Positions 1-14,415 are shown, counted from the first letter of the stretch. The stretch is DNA of 61,850 nucleotides from an uncultured Bacilli bacterium (GCA_947591575.1 CANQDI010000001.1:1-61850); one strand, 5' to 3'. Notes: generated by a model not told the origin, from the letters alone. Made by a program: numbers and translations.

Positions 1-5228
<5,228 letters not shown>

Positions 5229-5317
5229 CCCAATACCTAAATTTTTGCTTCTTTTATATTTCTATAAATAATACGTTGCCAATTTATATTATTAGCACAA
5301 AATGCACAACAAGTCAA

Positions 5318-5905
5318 TTAAATTTTACATTTCACAATAAAAAAACCTTTTTTCTTGATTATAATATGAATATGGTACACCTTTTCTATGTCGGAAAGAA
5401 TCGATTTAGCTCCTTGTTCCTTTCGAATGACAAAGTATAGTGTTCCATTTTTTTCTAAATGTTCTTTAGCATTCATTAAAATATTATAAACGACGGTCTT
5501 ACCTGCTCGAATAGGAGGATTCGTCAAAATAAGAGCATATTTTTGTTGAACATTTTGATAACAATTACTTTCAAATATCTCTAAGCCGTTACATCCATTT
5601 TCTTTTGCATTTTTCTTTGCTAAATGAAGGGCCCTTAAATTGACATCAATAAGATCTCCTGTGATCCCATAAAGACGATTTAATAAAATTCCAAGGACAC
5701 CAACACCACAACCGACATCTAAAAAAGGAGCCTTTATATCTTCTTTTTCTAGATTTTCAATTAATAACCGGCTTCCAAAATCCAATCCTTTTTTGGCAAA
5801 GACACCATAATCTGTAAAAAATATAAAATTTTGTCCTAACACTTGTACTTCGTTTTTTTGTAATTTGCTTTTTAATTCTGAATCATTTTCAAAATATTGA
5901 CTCAT
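5318..5905 (-). CDS. class I SAM-dependent methyltransferase, RsmC/YbxB-like (probable rRNA guanine-N2 methyltransferase)
   Basis: It has the SAM-binding motif LDVGCGVGVLG and the N-methyltransferase motif LTNPPIRAGK. It occupies the same rplL-rpoB slot as B. subtilis ybxB. I prefer the ATG at 5905 (MSQYFEND), which follows GGAGTG, over the ORF-track start at 5941. Confidence 0.8.
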   Translation of the reverse strand: MSQYFENDSELKSKLQKNEVQVLGQNFIFFTDYGVFAKKGLDFGSRLLIENLEKEDIKAPFLDVGCGVGVLGILLNRLYGITGDLIDVNLRALHLAKKNAKENGCNGLEIFESNCYQNVQQKYALILTNPPIRAGKTVVYNILMNAKEHLEKNGTLYFVIRKEQGAKSILSDIEKVYHIHIIIKKKGFFIVKCKI

Positions 5906-5920
5906 TTCATCACTCCGTAA

Positions 5921-5960
5921 AAGAAAAAAAGATAACTGCATCTAAAATGATAGAGTTATC
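5921..5960 (-). terminator. possible intrinsic terminator/attenuator upstream of the methyltransferase gene
   Basis: On the minus strand, GATAACT, a 16-nt loop and AGTTATC are followed by TTTTTTTCTT. The large loop makes this a weak call. Confidence 0.4.
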
Positions 5961-6002
5961 TCCTTTCGTATTTGTATAATACAACAAAATATAGAAATCG
6001 TC

Positions 6003-6045
6003 AACTAAAACAAAAAGATATCCACAATTTTTGTGAATATCTTTT
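6003..6045 (-). terminator. intrinsic terminator after rplL
   Basis: On the minus strand, a 15-bp stem with one mismatch and one G-U pair (AAAAGATATTCACAA, loop AAA, TTGTGGATATCTTTT) is followed by a T-rich run (TTGTTTT). Confidence 0.7.
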
Positions 6046-6057
6046 GATTTTATTTTC

Positions 6058-6432
6058 TTACTTAATTTCAACAGTAGCTCCAGCTTCTTCAAGTTGAGCT
6101 TTGATTTGATTAGCTTCTTCCATAGAGATGTTTTCTTTAATTGGTGTTCCTGCATTATCTACTAAATCCTTAGATTCTTTTAATCCTAATCCAGTGATTT
6201 CACGAACTACCTTGATAACAGCAACCTTTGCAGCCCCAGCATCAGAAATAGATACAGTCACAGTTGCAGGTGTATCATCAACACTTGCTCCACCAGCTGC
6301 AGGAGCAGCGACTGCTACCGCACTTGGATCTACTCCAAATTCTTCTTTCATTGCATCAACTAATTCTTTAATTTCTAAAAGATTCATCTCTTTTAAAGCA
6401 CTAATAAAATCATCTTTATTTAATTTAGCCAT
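6058..6432 (-). CDS. rplL: 50S ribosomal protein L7/L12
   Basis: The 124-aa ORF has the typical N-terminal dimerisation region, an Ala-rich hinge and a C-terminal domain ([24 protein letters not shown]). Confidence 0.97.
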   Translation of the reverse strand: MAKLNKDDFISALKEMNLLEIKELVDAMKEEFGVDPSAVAVAAPAAGGASVDDTPATVTVSISDAGAAKVAVIKVVREITGLGLKESKDLVDNAGTPIKENISMEEANQIKAQLEEAGATVEIK

Positions 6433-6462
6433 TTTTTATTCCTCCTTTATTTTTGCTAAATA

Positions 6463-6960
6463 TTATTCTTTTTCATTTTTTTGTTCAGCATATAAATCTA
6501 AACAAATAGATAAATCTCGTACCAAACCAATCATTCCACCTGCTAACATAGTAAGTAGTCCATCTCTAGATGGGATTGTTGCATATTCTTTTAATTTTGC
6601 TTGATCAGCAATTTCTCCATCAACCATACCTAATTTCAAAATAAGAGCTGGATGATCTTGCGCAAATTTTGAAAGTACTTTGATAGGAGCAATTTGATCT
6701 TCGCTATAAGCAAAAGCACTTGGTCCAGTTAAAGCTTCATTCATATCCAAATTTAAATCATTAAATGCACGAGCCATCAAAGTGTTTTTATAAACTTTAT
6801 AATCTGCTCCAGCATCTTTTAAGGCATGTCTTAATTCTTTTGCTTCACTATCAGTAATACCACGATAATCAAACAAAACAATACTATTACTATCTTCTAC
6901 ATGTTTTTTAATTTCATCAATTACTTTTTGCTTGGCTTCTAGAATTTTTGCACTTGCCAC
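6463..6960 (-). CDS. rplJ: 50S ribosomal protein L10
   Basis: The 165-aa ORF lies immediately upstream of rplL and has an L10-like sequence (VLFDYRGITDSEAKELRHALKDAG). Confidence 0.96.
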   Translation of the reverse strand: MASAKILEAKQKVIDEIKKHVEDSNSIVLFDYRGITDSEAKELRHALKDAGADYKVYKNTLMARAFNDLNLDMNEALTGPSAFAYSEDQIAPIKVLSKFAQDHPALILKLGMVDGEIADQAKLKEYATIPSRDGLLTMLAGGMIGLVRDLSICLDLYAEQKNEKE

Positions 6961-7137
6961 AATAACACCTCCTTTTTCAGATATTGAGTATTGAGGTCCA
7001 TAAAAAAGTTCTTGGTAATGCCACCAAGAACTTTTCTAACTATTATGTTAAAAGTTTTTCAAAGTCCTCGGTAGGATTTACTGACTTACCTACTGTCTAT
7101 GGCACTCAAATCAATTGTTATTATAGATATTTTTTCT
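6961..7137 (-). promoter_or_regulatory. L10 (rplJL) leader with terminator-type hairpin
   Basis: The 177-nt untranslated gap between rplA and rplJ contains, on the minus strand, GTAGGTAAGTCAGTAAATCCTACCGAGG. This is followed by the hairpin AAGTTCTTGGTGGCATTACCAAGAACTTTTTT (plus 7002-7035). That arrangement is expected for the Firmicute L10 autoregulatory leader. Confidence 0.6.
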
Positions 7138-7836
7138 CTATTTGTCAAATGTATTTAGTTGAATTTTAATTCCAGGTCCCATCGTAGAAGAGATTGAAAT
7201 ATTTTTTACATAATCTCCTTTTACTGTAGAAGGTTTAATTTTTAAAATTTGAGATACAAATGCATTCAAATTATCTATTAAATCTTCTTCACTAAAACTT
7301 GCTTTTCCAATGATACCATGAATATTTCCAAAACTGTCTGTACGATATTCAATACGTCCTGCTTTTGCATCTTGTACTGCCTTTGCGACATCAGTTGTAA
7401 CCGTTCCTGTTTTAGGGTTAGGCATTAAACCTTTTGGTCCAAGTACACGTCCTAAACGTCCTAGAAGTGGCATCATGTCAGGTGTTGCAATCATCGTATC
7501 AAAATCAAACCAGTTTTCTTTTTCAATCTTTTCTAATATATCAGTATCTCCAACGAAATCTGCTCCTGCTTCTTTTGCTGCTTTAGCATGATCTCCCTTG
7601 GCAACTACTAGTACTTTTACTTCTTTTCCTGTTCCTTTAGGAAGTACAATGGCTCCTCTTAATTGTTGATCTGCTTTCTTTGTATCTAGATTAAGACGCA
7701 TTGCAACTTCAATAGAGGAATCAAAAGAAGTAATCGCTGTTTCTTTGACAAGTTTTACTGCTTCTTCTTTTCCATAAGCTTTGTTCTTTTCAATCTTCGA
7801 AAAAGCTTCTTGATATTTTTTACTTCTCTTTTTCAT
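7138..7836 (-). CDS. rplA: 50S ribosomal protein L1
   Basis: The 232-aa ORF has L1 hallmark sequence ([28 protein letters not shown]) and lies downstream of rplK. Confidence 0.97.
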   Translation of the reverse strand: MKKRSKKYQEAFSKIEKNKAYGKEEAVKLVKETAITSFDSSIEVAMRLNLDTKKADQQLRGAIVLPKGTGKEVKVLVVAKGDHAKAAKEAGADFVGDTDILEKIEKENWFDFDTMIATPDMMPLLGRLGRVLGPKGLMPNPKTGTVTTDVAKAVQDAKAGRIEYRTDSFGNIHGIIGKASFSEEDLIDNLNAFVSQILKIKPSTVKGDYVKNISISSTMGPGIKIQLNTFDK

Positions 7837-7923
7837 TTTATTTCCTCCTTATGTGGTATCCTCTTGTCTTTACTTGATGTATTTCGCGGACGAATTCCTC
7901 CCACATAGGTTTCCCTATATGTG

Positions 7924-8478
7924 TTATTCAGTTTCTTCTTTTGTTTCTTCTTGTTGTTCTTGTGCTGCTTGTTCTTCTTTAGCAGCTTCTCTTGCTTGAC
8001 GAGCTTCTTCTGCTTGTGCTTCTGCTACTTCTTCTTGCAATTCTTTATCGTTCACTCCTTCAACAGCAATTCCCATGTTTCTTGCAGTACCTTCAACAAT
8101 TTTCATTGCTTCTTCTACTGTGTAACAATTCAAATCTGGAAGTTTAATTTCTGCAATTTCACGAATTTGATCCTGTTTCAAAGTTGCCACAATTTCATGG
8201 GCACCTTTTACAGCTCCCTTATTAATCTTTGCATATTTCTTTAATAAGAAGCTTACAGGTGGAGTTTTAATGACGAAATCAAAACTTCTATCCTCATAAA
8301 TAGAAATCTCAACTGGTAAAACATCGCCCATTTTATCACGAGTTGCATCATTGTACTTTGTACAGAACTCTTGTAAATTAATTCCTGCAGGTCCAAGTAC
8401 TGTACCAACAGGTGGCGCTGGTGTTGCTTTTCCAGCTTCGATTTGTAGTTTAATTTTCTTTACAACTTCTTTTGCCAC
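7924..8478 (-). CDS. rplK: 50S ribosomal protein L11 with ~42-aa E/A/Q-rich C-terminal extension
   Basis: It has the L11 core ([25 protein letters not shown]). I prefer the GTG at 8478 (VAKEVVKK), 10 nt after AGGA, over the ORF-track GTG at 8487. The protein continues about 42 aa beyond the usual L11 end. Confidence 0.94.
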   Translation of the reverse strand: MAKEVVKKIKLQIEAGKATPAPPVGTVLGPAGINLQEFCTKYNDATRDKMGDVLPVEISIYEDRSFDFVIKTPPVSFLLKKYAKINKGAVKGAHEIVATLKQDQIREIAEIKLPDLNCYTVEEAMKIVEGTARNMGIAVEGVNDKELQEEVAEAQAEEARQAREAAKEEQAAQEQQEETKEETE

Positions 8479-8588
8479 GAAAAACACATCCTTTCTTTAA
8501 TTCTTCGCGAGTGGTTCAATCAGCTTTTGTCCGCAATATAAGCGCTTGCTTCCCACTAAATCTATATTTTAATCAATATAGCCATTCA

Positions 8589-8617
8589 ATAATATCATAA
8601 AATTTTTTCTCTTGCAA
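8589..8617 (-). promoter_or_regulatory. candidate sigma-A promoter for rplK-rplA
   Basis: The minus strand reads TTGCAA, a 17-nt spacer, then TATTAT, just downstream of the nusG stop. Confidence 0.45.
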
Positions 8618-8622
8618 CTATT

Positions 8623-9156
8623 TTATGCTTTTTCAATTTGACTTAATTCTACTTCTACAGAAGTTTCTTGACCAAATAAATCTACCAATAAGATAATCTT
8701 TTGATTTGGTAAATCAATACTATCAACTGTACCAAACATTCCTTGAAATGGCCCTGCGATAATTTTTACTTTTGTACCTTCTTTTAAATCTTCATCTACA
8801 TCAATACGGCTAATACCCATATTGCCAAGTACTTTATCTACTTCATAAGGTTGTAAAGGAGTTGGTTTAGCCCCTTTTCCACTTGATCCAATAAATCCTG
8901 TAACTCCTGGAGTATTTCTTACAACATACCAAGCTTCATCGGTCATAATCATTTCAACTAAAATATATCCAGGGAACATCTTCTTGATCTTCTTTTTTGT
9001 CACACCCTCTTTGACTTCAATTTCTTCTTGTTCTGGTACGACAACGCGAAAAATATAATCTTGCATTCCCATTGATTCAGCACGCATTTCAAGTTTTTCT
9101 TTTACTTTATTTTCATGTCCTGAATATGTATTGACAACATACCATTGTTTATCCAT
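8623..9156 (-). CDS. nusG: transcription termination/antitermination factor NusG
   Basis: The 177-aa ORF has an NGN domain (WYVVNTYSGHENKV) and a KOW domain (GTKVKIIAGPFQGMFGTV). It sits in the secE-nusG-rplK order. Confidence 0.96.
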   Translation of the reverse strand: MDKQWYVVNTYSGHENKVKEKLEMRAESMGMQDYIFRVVVPEQEEIEVKEGVTKKKIKKMFPGYILVEMIMTDEAWYVVRNTPGVTGFIGSSGKGAKPTPLQPYEVDKVLGNMGISRIDVDEDLKEGTKVKIIAGPFQGMFGTVDSIDLPNQKIILLVDLFGQETSVEVELSQIEKA

Positions 9157-9166
9157 CTTATCCCTC

Positions 9167-9484
9167 CTATCCTATTAGTGAATGAATCACTGCAAAAATA
9201 AAATCAATAATATAAAAGAATACTGCAAAGAAAAGAATAAAAACAATCGTAGCAATAGAATATTTTATCATATCTTTTCTTGTAGGCCAATGGATCCTTT
9301 TGGTTTCTACTTTAACACCATGGGCAAAACCAACTGTTTTTTCCTTTAAATTTTTTTTCGTTTGTCGTTTCTTTTCTTCCTCTTTTTTCTTGGGTGTGGC
9401 ACCTTTTTTTGGGACCGTTTTTGTCGATGTTTTCTCAGTTTTCTTTAATTCTTTGAAGTTTTCATTTTTTTCTACTTGAGCCAT
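9167..9484 (-). CDS. secE: preprotein translocase subunit SecE with lysine-rich N-terminal extension
   Basis: The C-terminal 55 aa match SecE (VKVETKRIHWPTRKDMIKYSIATIVFILFF, a single TM). It lies immediately upstream of nusG. The first ~48 aa are K/E/T-rich low-complexity sequence. Confidence 0.85.
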   Translation of the reverse strand: MAQVEKNENFKELKKTEKTSTKTVPKKGATPKKKEEEKKRQTKKNLKEKTVGFAHGVKVETKRIHWPTRKDMIKYSIATIVFILFFAVFFYIIDFIFAVIHSLIG

Positions 9485-9508
9485 TTTTCATCTTCCTTTT
9501 TTCAAAAT

Positions 9509-9533
9509 AAAAACACATCTCATTTGTGTTTTT
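9509..9533 (-). terminator. hairpin plus U-run between a promoter-like site and secE
   Basis: The minus strand reads AAAAACACA, loop AATGAGA, TGTGTTTTT, then ATTTTG. It overlaps the predicted transcription start of the promoter at 9537-9565, so its role (terminator, attenuator or 5' stabiliser) is unclear. Confidence 0.4.
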
Positions 9534-9536
9534 ATT

Positions 9537-9565
9537 AACATAACAAAATTTTTTTTCTTTGTCAA
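9537..9565 (-). promoter_or_regulatory. candidate sigma-A promoter for secE-nusG
   Basis: The minus strand reads TTGACA, a 17-nt spacer, then TATGTT. Confidence 0.5.
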
Positions 9566-9587
9566 ACAAAAAAGCACTAAATAGTAC

Positions 9588-10943
9588 TTATTGTTGGAAC
9601 TGATAAGGATTTTCTTTTGTTCCTAATCCTGTTATATCAATGTTGCTTTTTAAGTAGAAGGTTGGATAAACTGCTTTTTCTTCTTCAACTGAACTATGAT
9701 AGTTTAAAAGTCCCTCTTTAGATAAAGAAATAATGTGGTCTTTTTCTTGACTATAATATGAAAGAAACCAACTTTCATTTTCTTGCATCATAGACTTCAT
9801 CCAACTATTTTGACAATTTTCATTTCGAGAAAAACAGTCTTCATTATATCCTAAAGCATAAGTATATTGATAATCACTTGGAGATAATAGAGAAACAGGG
9901 TAGAAATAAGCGACACTAGCTTGCTCGTCATTTCGCTCTTTTTGGTAAAGATCAGCAATAGACGAATTAGACATGTCTCCTATATACCATTCTACTTCTG
10001 CAACCATTTCTTGTACATTTTTAGGGAGTCTTTCATAATATTCATCTAATTTTTTTTGCACAATAGAGTCAGAAAATGTATTTTTAGATGATTGTTGATA
10101 GGAAGTAATCGCAATAGGATCTGCTTTTACCATTTTAATTCGTTTTTCGAGAATTCCATAAGAATCCTTTGTAGTAAAGATACCAACAATTCGATAAAGC
10201 TCGTCCGCAATTTGTGCATAATTATTAGGGTTTGTTCCTAGGTAGCGATAATCCGTTCTTTCTTCTTCAGACCAATCTTTTTGTTTAGCCGAATTCATTA
10301 CCATAGAGTATAATTCTTTTTCTGTTTCTTCGCGATAAATACTTTCTTGATTGACCTTTGAAATCAAATGACTTACAGCAGGGCCATCCTCTACTTGAAA
10401 CGGTTCGATTTCATTTTGATCCGTTGGAAAAAGAAGAGAATTATTGGCAAGACCAACATCACTTCCAAAAGTAACTGTTTCTTTTTTGTCGCCCTTATTA
10501 TAAAGACGAATAATAAATTCTTTATCATCCCCTTGTTTAATGATAAAACCTTCTTTTTCTGGAATGGACGAAGATGTTAAATACCCTACTTTGACATTAT
10601 CCATTGAAGATGTTTGATAATAGAGGTTAAATTTGGCATCTCTACTATTTACATTTTCTATTTTCAATTCAATCGTTCTTTCTTCCTTTGGATTTAATGT
10701 AAAACTTGTTTTAGAATTTGGAGAAAGTGAATTTGCCATAACAGTCATTGTTTTTTGATTTTTGTCTGTTAACTTAGAGTAAAGAGACCCAGCCACAATA
10801 CGAATAGCTTCTTTATGTTCCTCTTGCACTGTAAATAAAGCATAACTATAATAGAAAACAATTATAAATAATGTTATCATTCCTAGCAGGATCATATAAG
10901 ATTTTTGAATATTCATTTTAAAAATCTTTTTCATTTGGCTCAC
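9588..10943 (-). CDS. secreted/anchored hypothetical protein with SipW-type (TasA-like) N-terminus and unknown ~250-aa C-terminal domain
   Basis: The 451-aa ORF has an N-terminal TM (MILLGMITLFIIVFYYSYA) followed by LFTVQEEHKEAIRIVAGSL. This is the same A-x-F-T ... G-x-L pattern as the three TasA-like proteins at 55.6-57.7 kb. It has its own promoter and a weak terminator. Confidence 0.8.
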   Translation of the reverse strand: MSQMKKIFKMNIQKSYMILLGMITLFIIVFYYSYALFTVQEEHKEAIRIVAGSLYSKLTDKNQKTMTVMANSLSPNSKTSFTLNPKEERTIELKIENVNSRDAKFNLYYQTSSMDNVKVGYLTSSSIPEKEGFIIKQGDDKEFIIRLYNKGDKKETVTFGSDVGLANNSLLFPTDQNEIEPFQVEDGPAVSHLISKVNQESIYREETEKELYSMVMNSAKQKDWSEEERTDYRYLGTNPNNYAQIADELYRIVGIFTTKDSYGILEKRIKMVKADPIAITSYQQSSKNTFSDSIVQKKLDEYYERLPKNVQEMVAEVEWYIGDMSNSSIADLYQKERNDEQASVAYFYPVSLLSPSDYQYTYALGYNEDCFSRNENCQNSWMKSMMQENESWFLSYYSQEKDHIISLSKEGLLNYHSSVEEEKAVYPTFYLKSNIDITGLGTKENPYQFQQ

Positions 10944-10971
10944 CTCTATTATGTAAATATAGCATATTTAT

Positions 10972-11000
10972 ATTATACGAAGATATGAGCATTTTTTCAA
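10972..11000 (-). promoter_or_regulatory. sigma-A promoter of the 451-aa secreted protein gene
   Basis: The minus strand reads TTGAAA, a 17-nt spacer, then consensus TATAAT, about 30 nt upstream of the RBS GAGGTGA. Confidence 0.6.
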
Positions 11001-11042
11001 TCGTATTTTTATAATTTTGTGTAAAAAAAAGAATAGATATTT

Positions 11043-11705
11043 CTATTCAATTCTCCAATCAATGGGTGGTTTTCCATGTTCTTTTAAAAAAGTATTTGTT
11101 TTAGAAAAAGGATGACTTCCAAAGAACCCATGATAGGCAGAAAAAGGAGATGGATGAGCTGATTCTAAAATATAATGTCTTGAGTGAGTAATCAAACTTT
11201 TTTTAGCCCGTGCATAACTTCCCCATAATAAGAAAACAATTGGTTCTTCTTTCTCATTTAAAATGCGTATTACTTCATCTGTAAATTGTTCCCAACCCTT
11301 GTCTTTATGGGAAGCAGCTTTATCTTTTTCCACTGTCAATACACTATTTAAAAGCATTACACCTTGCCTTGTCCATGCAATAAGACTATTATGCTTTGGA
11401 AAAGGAATTTGTAAGTCACCTTCTAATTCTTTAAAAATATTTTGTAATGAAGGAGGCTTTGCAACCGTATCACGTACAGAAAAAGAAAGTCCTTGTGCTT
11501 GTCCTTCTCCATGATATGGGTCCTGTCCTAAAATAACTACTTTCACATCCTCATATGGTGTATAACGAAAAGCATTAAAAATTTCATTTTTTGGAGGATA
11601 GATTATTTTAGTTTTATATTCTTCCGTTACAAAATTTAAAAGTTCTTGAAAATATGGTTTTTGGAATTCTTTTTCTAAATATTGATCCCAACTATTTCCA
11701 ATCAT
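11043..11705 (-). CDS. ung: uracil-DNA glycosylase
   Basis: Family-1 UDG motifs are present (VVILGQDPYHGEGQAQGLSFSV and HPSPFSA). I prefer the ATG at 11705 (MIGNSW), which follows GGAGTG, because the ORF-track start at 11744 overlaps rlmH. Confidence 0.95.
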   Translation of the reverse strand: MIGNSWDQYLEKEFQKPYFQELLNFVTEEYKTKIIYPPKNEIFNAFRYTPYEDVKVVILGQDPYHGEGQAQGLSFSVRDTVAKPPSLQNIFKELEGDLQIPFPKHNSLIAWTRQGVMLLNSVLTVEKDKAASHKDKGWEQFTDEVIRILNEKEEPIVFLLWGSYARAKKSLITHSRHYILESAHPSPFSAYHGFFGSHPFSKTNTFLKEHGKPPIDWRIE

Positions 11706-11724
11706 ATATGTCACTCCACTTCTT

Positions 11725-12174
11725 TTATTTATGATATGTTTCATGATTTCGAATTTTATAACTTCGATAAATCTGTTCTACTAGTAAAACTCGAAAAAGT
11801 TGGTGTGGAAAAGTCATTTTCGAAAAAGAAATCGCAACATTACTTCTTTCTTTTACTTTTGAGGAAAGTCCATCACTTCCTCCAATGACAAAAACAATAG
11901 AACCTAACATTTCCTTTTCTTCAAGATATTTAGAAAAGGAAGCAGAATCCATTGAAGTGCCATCAATTTCTAATGTAATCACAAAGTCTTTGTCTTTGAT
12001 ATGGCTTACTATTTTTTCTCCTTCTATTTCTTTATTCTTTGAAATATCATCATAGGCTGAATCTGCAACTTCTATACACTCAAGTTTTGTATATCGTCCA
12101 AGTCTTTTTTGATATTCAAAAAAAGCTTCTTTTAAATAGGTTTCTTTCAATTTTCCAACACAAATTATTTTCAT
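11725..12174 (-). CDS. rlmH: 23S rRNA (pseudouridine1915-N3)-methyltransferase RlmH
   Basis: The 149-aa SPOUT-family protein starts MKIICVGKLKETYLKEA and ends in an RlmH-type YRSYKI...YHK. Confidence 0.92.
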   Translation of the reverse strand: MKIICVGKLKETYLKEAFFEYQKRLGRYTKLECIEVADSAYDDISKNKEIEGEKIVSHIKDKDFVITLEIDGTSMDSASFSKYLEEKEMLGSIVFVIGGSDGLSSKVKERSNVAISFSKMTFPHQLFRVLLVEQIYRSYKIRNHETYHK

Positions 12175-12175
12175 G

Positions 12176-12937
12176 TTATACCTCTATTAATTCTGATTCT
12201 ACATTTTGTCTTGCAATCGTAATTTTGGGAGAAAAGGACGTACTTTGGATAGCTGTCTCAACTGCTTGCAGCGCTAAAGACTCTAAATTATTTTGTTCAC
12301 TTAAATGGGCTAAAAGAATGGCTTTGGTATTTTCACCGATTAATTCTTTTAAATAATTTGCTGTTAATCGATTTGATAAGTGTCCTTTGTCTCCTAATAC
12401 TCTTTGCTTTAAATAGTATGGGTAAGGTCCATTCATTAACATGGATTCATCATGATTACTTTCAATAAAATAAATCGTCTTATTTGATAGCGCTTTGAAA
12501 TATTTTCTTGGAAGATATCCAGTATCCGTTACATAAACGAGACTTGTATCTCCATCTTCTATCAAAAATCCACAAGAAAAGGGAGCATCATGACTTGTCA
12601 AAAAAGGTGTAATTTGGAGATTTCCTATGATCATTTGCTTTGGATAAAATTCAATTTGATCTTTAGAAAGAATATTTTTTACTTCCTGATAAAATCCTTC
12701 TTGTATATAAATTTTAGCTGATGTATGCTTTGCAAGTACTTCCAGTCCTGCAATATGATCTTTATGAGTATGGGTAATTAAAATTGCATCAATATCGTCT
12801 AACGATAAGGAACTATTTTTAAGCGATGAAACAATACGGTGGTAACTGATTCCAGCATCAATCAATAATTTGGTATTTTTTCCTTCAATATAGGAACAAT
12901 TTCCTTTTGAGCCAGAAGAAAACGATTTTATTTTCAT
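12176..12937 (-). CDS. MBL-fold metallo-hydrolase (YycJ/WalJ-like)
   Basis: It has the beta-lactamase-fold motif ILITHTHKDHIAG. Its size and position beside rlmH and dnaB match Bacillus yycJ. Confidence 0.85.
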   Translation of the reverse strand: MKIKSFSSGSKGNCSYIEGKNTKLLIDAGISYHRIVSSLKNSSLSLDDIDAILITHTHKDHIAGLEVLAKHTSAKIYIQEGFYQEVKNILSKDQIEFYPKQMIIGNLQITPFLTSHDAPFSCGFLIEDGDTSLVYVTDTGYLPRKYFKALSNKTIYFIESNHDESMLMNGPYPYYLKQRVLGDKGHLSNRLTANYLKELIGENTKAILLAHLSEQNNLESLALQAVETAIQSTSFSPKITIARQNVESELIEV

Positions 12938-12938
12938 A

Positions 12939-14414
12939 TTAATAAAGCGTTAAAGGATTTAACACAGTACCACCACGATATGGTGGACCACCTTTCCATA
13001 ATCCAAAGTGGAGATGCACCCCTGTCACATACCCTGTTGATCCCATACCACCGATGACTTGTCCTAATGAAACGACTTGTCCGACTTGCACATAAAATGT
13101 ATCTAAGTGACCATAGATTGTATAATATCCATTATTGTGATTGATTACAATATAGTTTCCATCTGGCCAACGATAAGTTGCTTCAACTACAACACCGTTA
13201 TTCGCTGCATAAATTGGTGAGCCTCGACCGGTTCCAGCAATATCAATTGCATCATGATAACTTCCCCAACGATATCCTAAACCAGAGGTAATCGTATAAG
13301 GTGTTTTGGTTGGCCATGCCCAATATCCAGAATCAGCATAAGAATTGGCACGTCCTCCACGAACAACAATTTCATTAACGGCAGGTGTAATAACTTCCGT
13401 AGATGATTGATCCGTTGCAACGGAAGTAATTTCACCATTTACCTTTTTGACCTTTCTGGTCGTTCTTGCGAGCCCATCTTGTCCTGATTGAATCACATTT
13501 GTTGTTCCAATTAACAAATTATTATCATAACGAACTTCTCTGGTATATTTAATTGCTTGTAATTCAACAACGTGATCTACCTCAACTAAATCAAATTGTG
13601 GCTGTAAAATACCAAGTGTTACTTCTTGTCCTGGGAAAAGAAGACTATTTTCATCTTGAAATTGAGGATTTGCAACTAAAAATTCTTCGTTAGAGATTTT
13701 ATTATTATAAGCAACATCACTAATGGTATCTCCTTCTTGAACGGTATATTTTTTTTGTTCTTCAAGAGTTCCAAACATCAAAAATTTTGATAAATCTTCA
13801 ACATTTTGATAAATCGTTTCATCTGCTGAAATATTTTCTTTTCGAATAATAATTTTATTTTCAATAAAGACATCTTCGATTTGACTTCCAACATCTTTAA
13901 TTTCCTCTTGTGTTCCATTGACATATTTTTCATATTGATCTTTATCAATAAAAGATGCAATCATATTGTCAACAGCTTGATCAAATATTTTTTGATCAAG
14001 AACATAAATGACTTTGTCTTCAGTTGTCACTTTTTCTCCTGCTTCATTTGTTTCTTCAATTCCTTTGATAGTGATACTATAACCACTGATTGTAAAAGGA
14101 GTAATATTTTTTATTTTGTCATAAATTTGTTGCGTTGTATTAATTCTCTCATCATAAGTAATTTCTTGTTCAATATCTAAATCCGTTGGAGCATAAACTT
14201 TATCAATATTATATTTTTCTTTAAGAGCTTGTTGTTCACTATCTATATAGTTTTCTAAATCCTGTTTTGATTCAATAAGACCTAATGATTTTCCTTCTAG
14301 ATATACTCGATATACTTGAAGAGGTTCTGCTACTTTTGATTCATATCCTAAAAGAACACAGCCAAAAGAAAGGATACTTGCAAAAAGAGCTTGTATAATT
14401 ATTTTAGAATTCAT
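12939..14414 (-). CDS. M23-family peptidoglycan metalloendopeptidase with LysM and G5 domains
   Basis: It has an N-terminal signal/anchor, a LysM-like segment (YTVQEGDTISDVAYNNKISNEEFLVANP) and a G5-like segment (NVIQSGQDGLARTTRKVKKVNGEI). The M23 motifs HDAIDIAG and GVHLHFGLW are also present. Confidence 0.85.
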   Translation of the reverse strand: MNSKIIIQALFASILSFGCVLLGYESKVAEPLQVYRVYLEGKSLGLIESKQDLENYIDSEQQALKEKYNIDKVYAPTDLDIEQEITYDERINTTQQIYDKIKNITPFTISGYSITIKGIEETNEAGEKVTTEDKVIYVLDQKIFDQAVDNMIASFIDKDQYEKYVNGTQEEIKDVGSQIEDVFIENKIIIRKENISADETIYQNVEDLSKFLMFGTLEEQKKYTVQEGDTISDVAYNNKISNEEFLVANPQFQDENSLLFPGQEVTLGILQPQFDLVEVDHVVELQAIKYTREVRYDNNLLIGTTNVIQSGQDGLARTTRKVKKVNGEITSVATDQSSTEVITPAVNEIVVRGGRANSYADSGYWAWPTKTPYTITSGLGYRWGSYHDAIDIAGTGRGSPIYAANNGVVVEATYRWPDGNYIVINHNNGYYTIYGHLDTFYVQVGQVVSLGQVIGGMGSTGYVTGVHLHFGLWKGGPPYRGGTVLNPLTLY

Positions 14415-14415
14415 C

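Noticed and set aside
6128-6604. 158-aa plus-strand ORF overlapping rplL and rplJ. The same applies to 7921-8244 (+), 27562-27888 (+), 4747-5016 (+), 11263-11514 (+), 24635-24886 (+) and 52813-53142 (-).
   Set aside because: These are antisense shadow ORFs inside strongly supported conserved genes. Their translations are low-complexity or hydrophobic with no recognisable motifs and no RBS.
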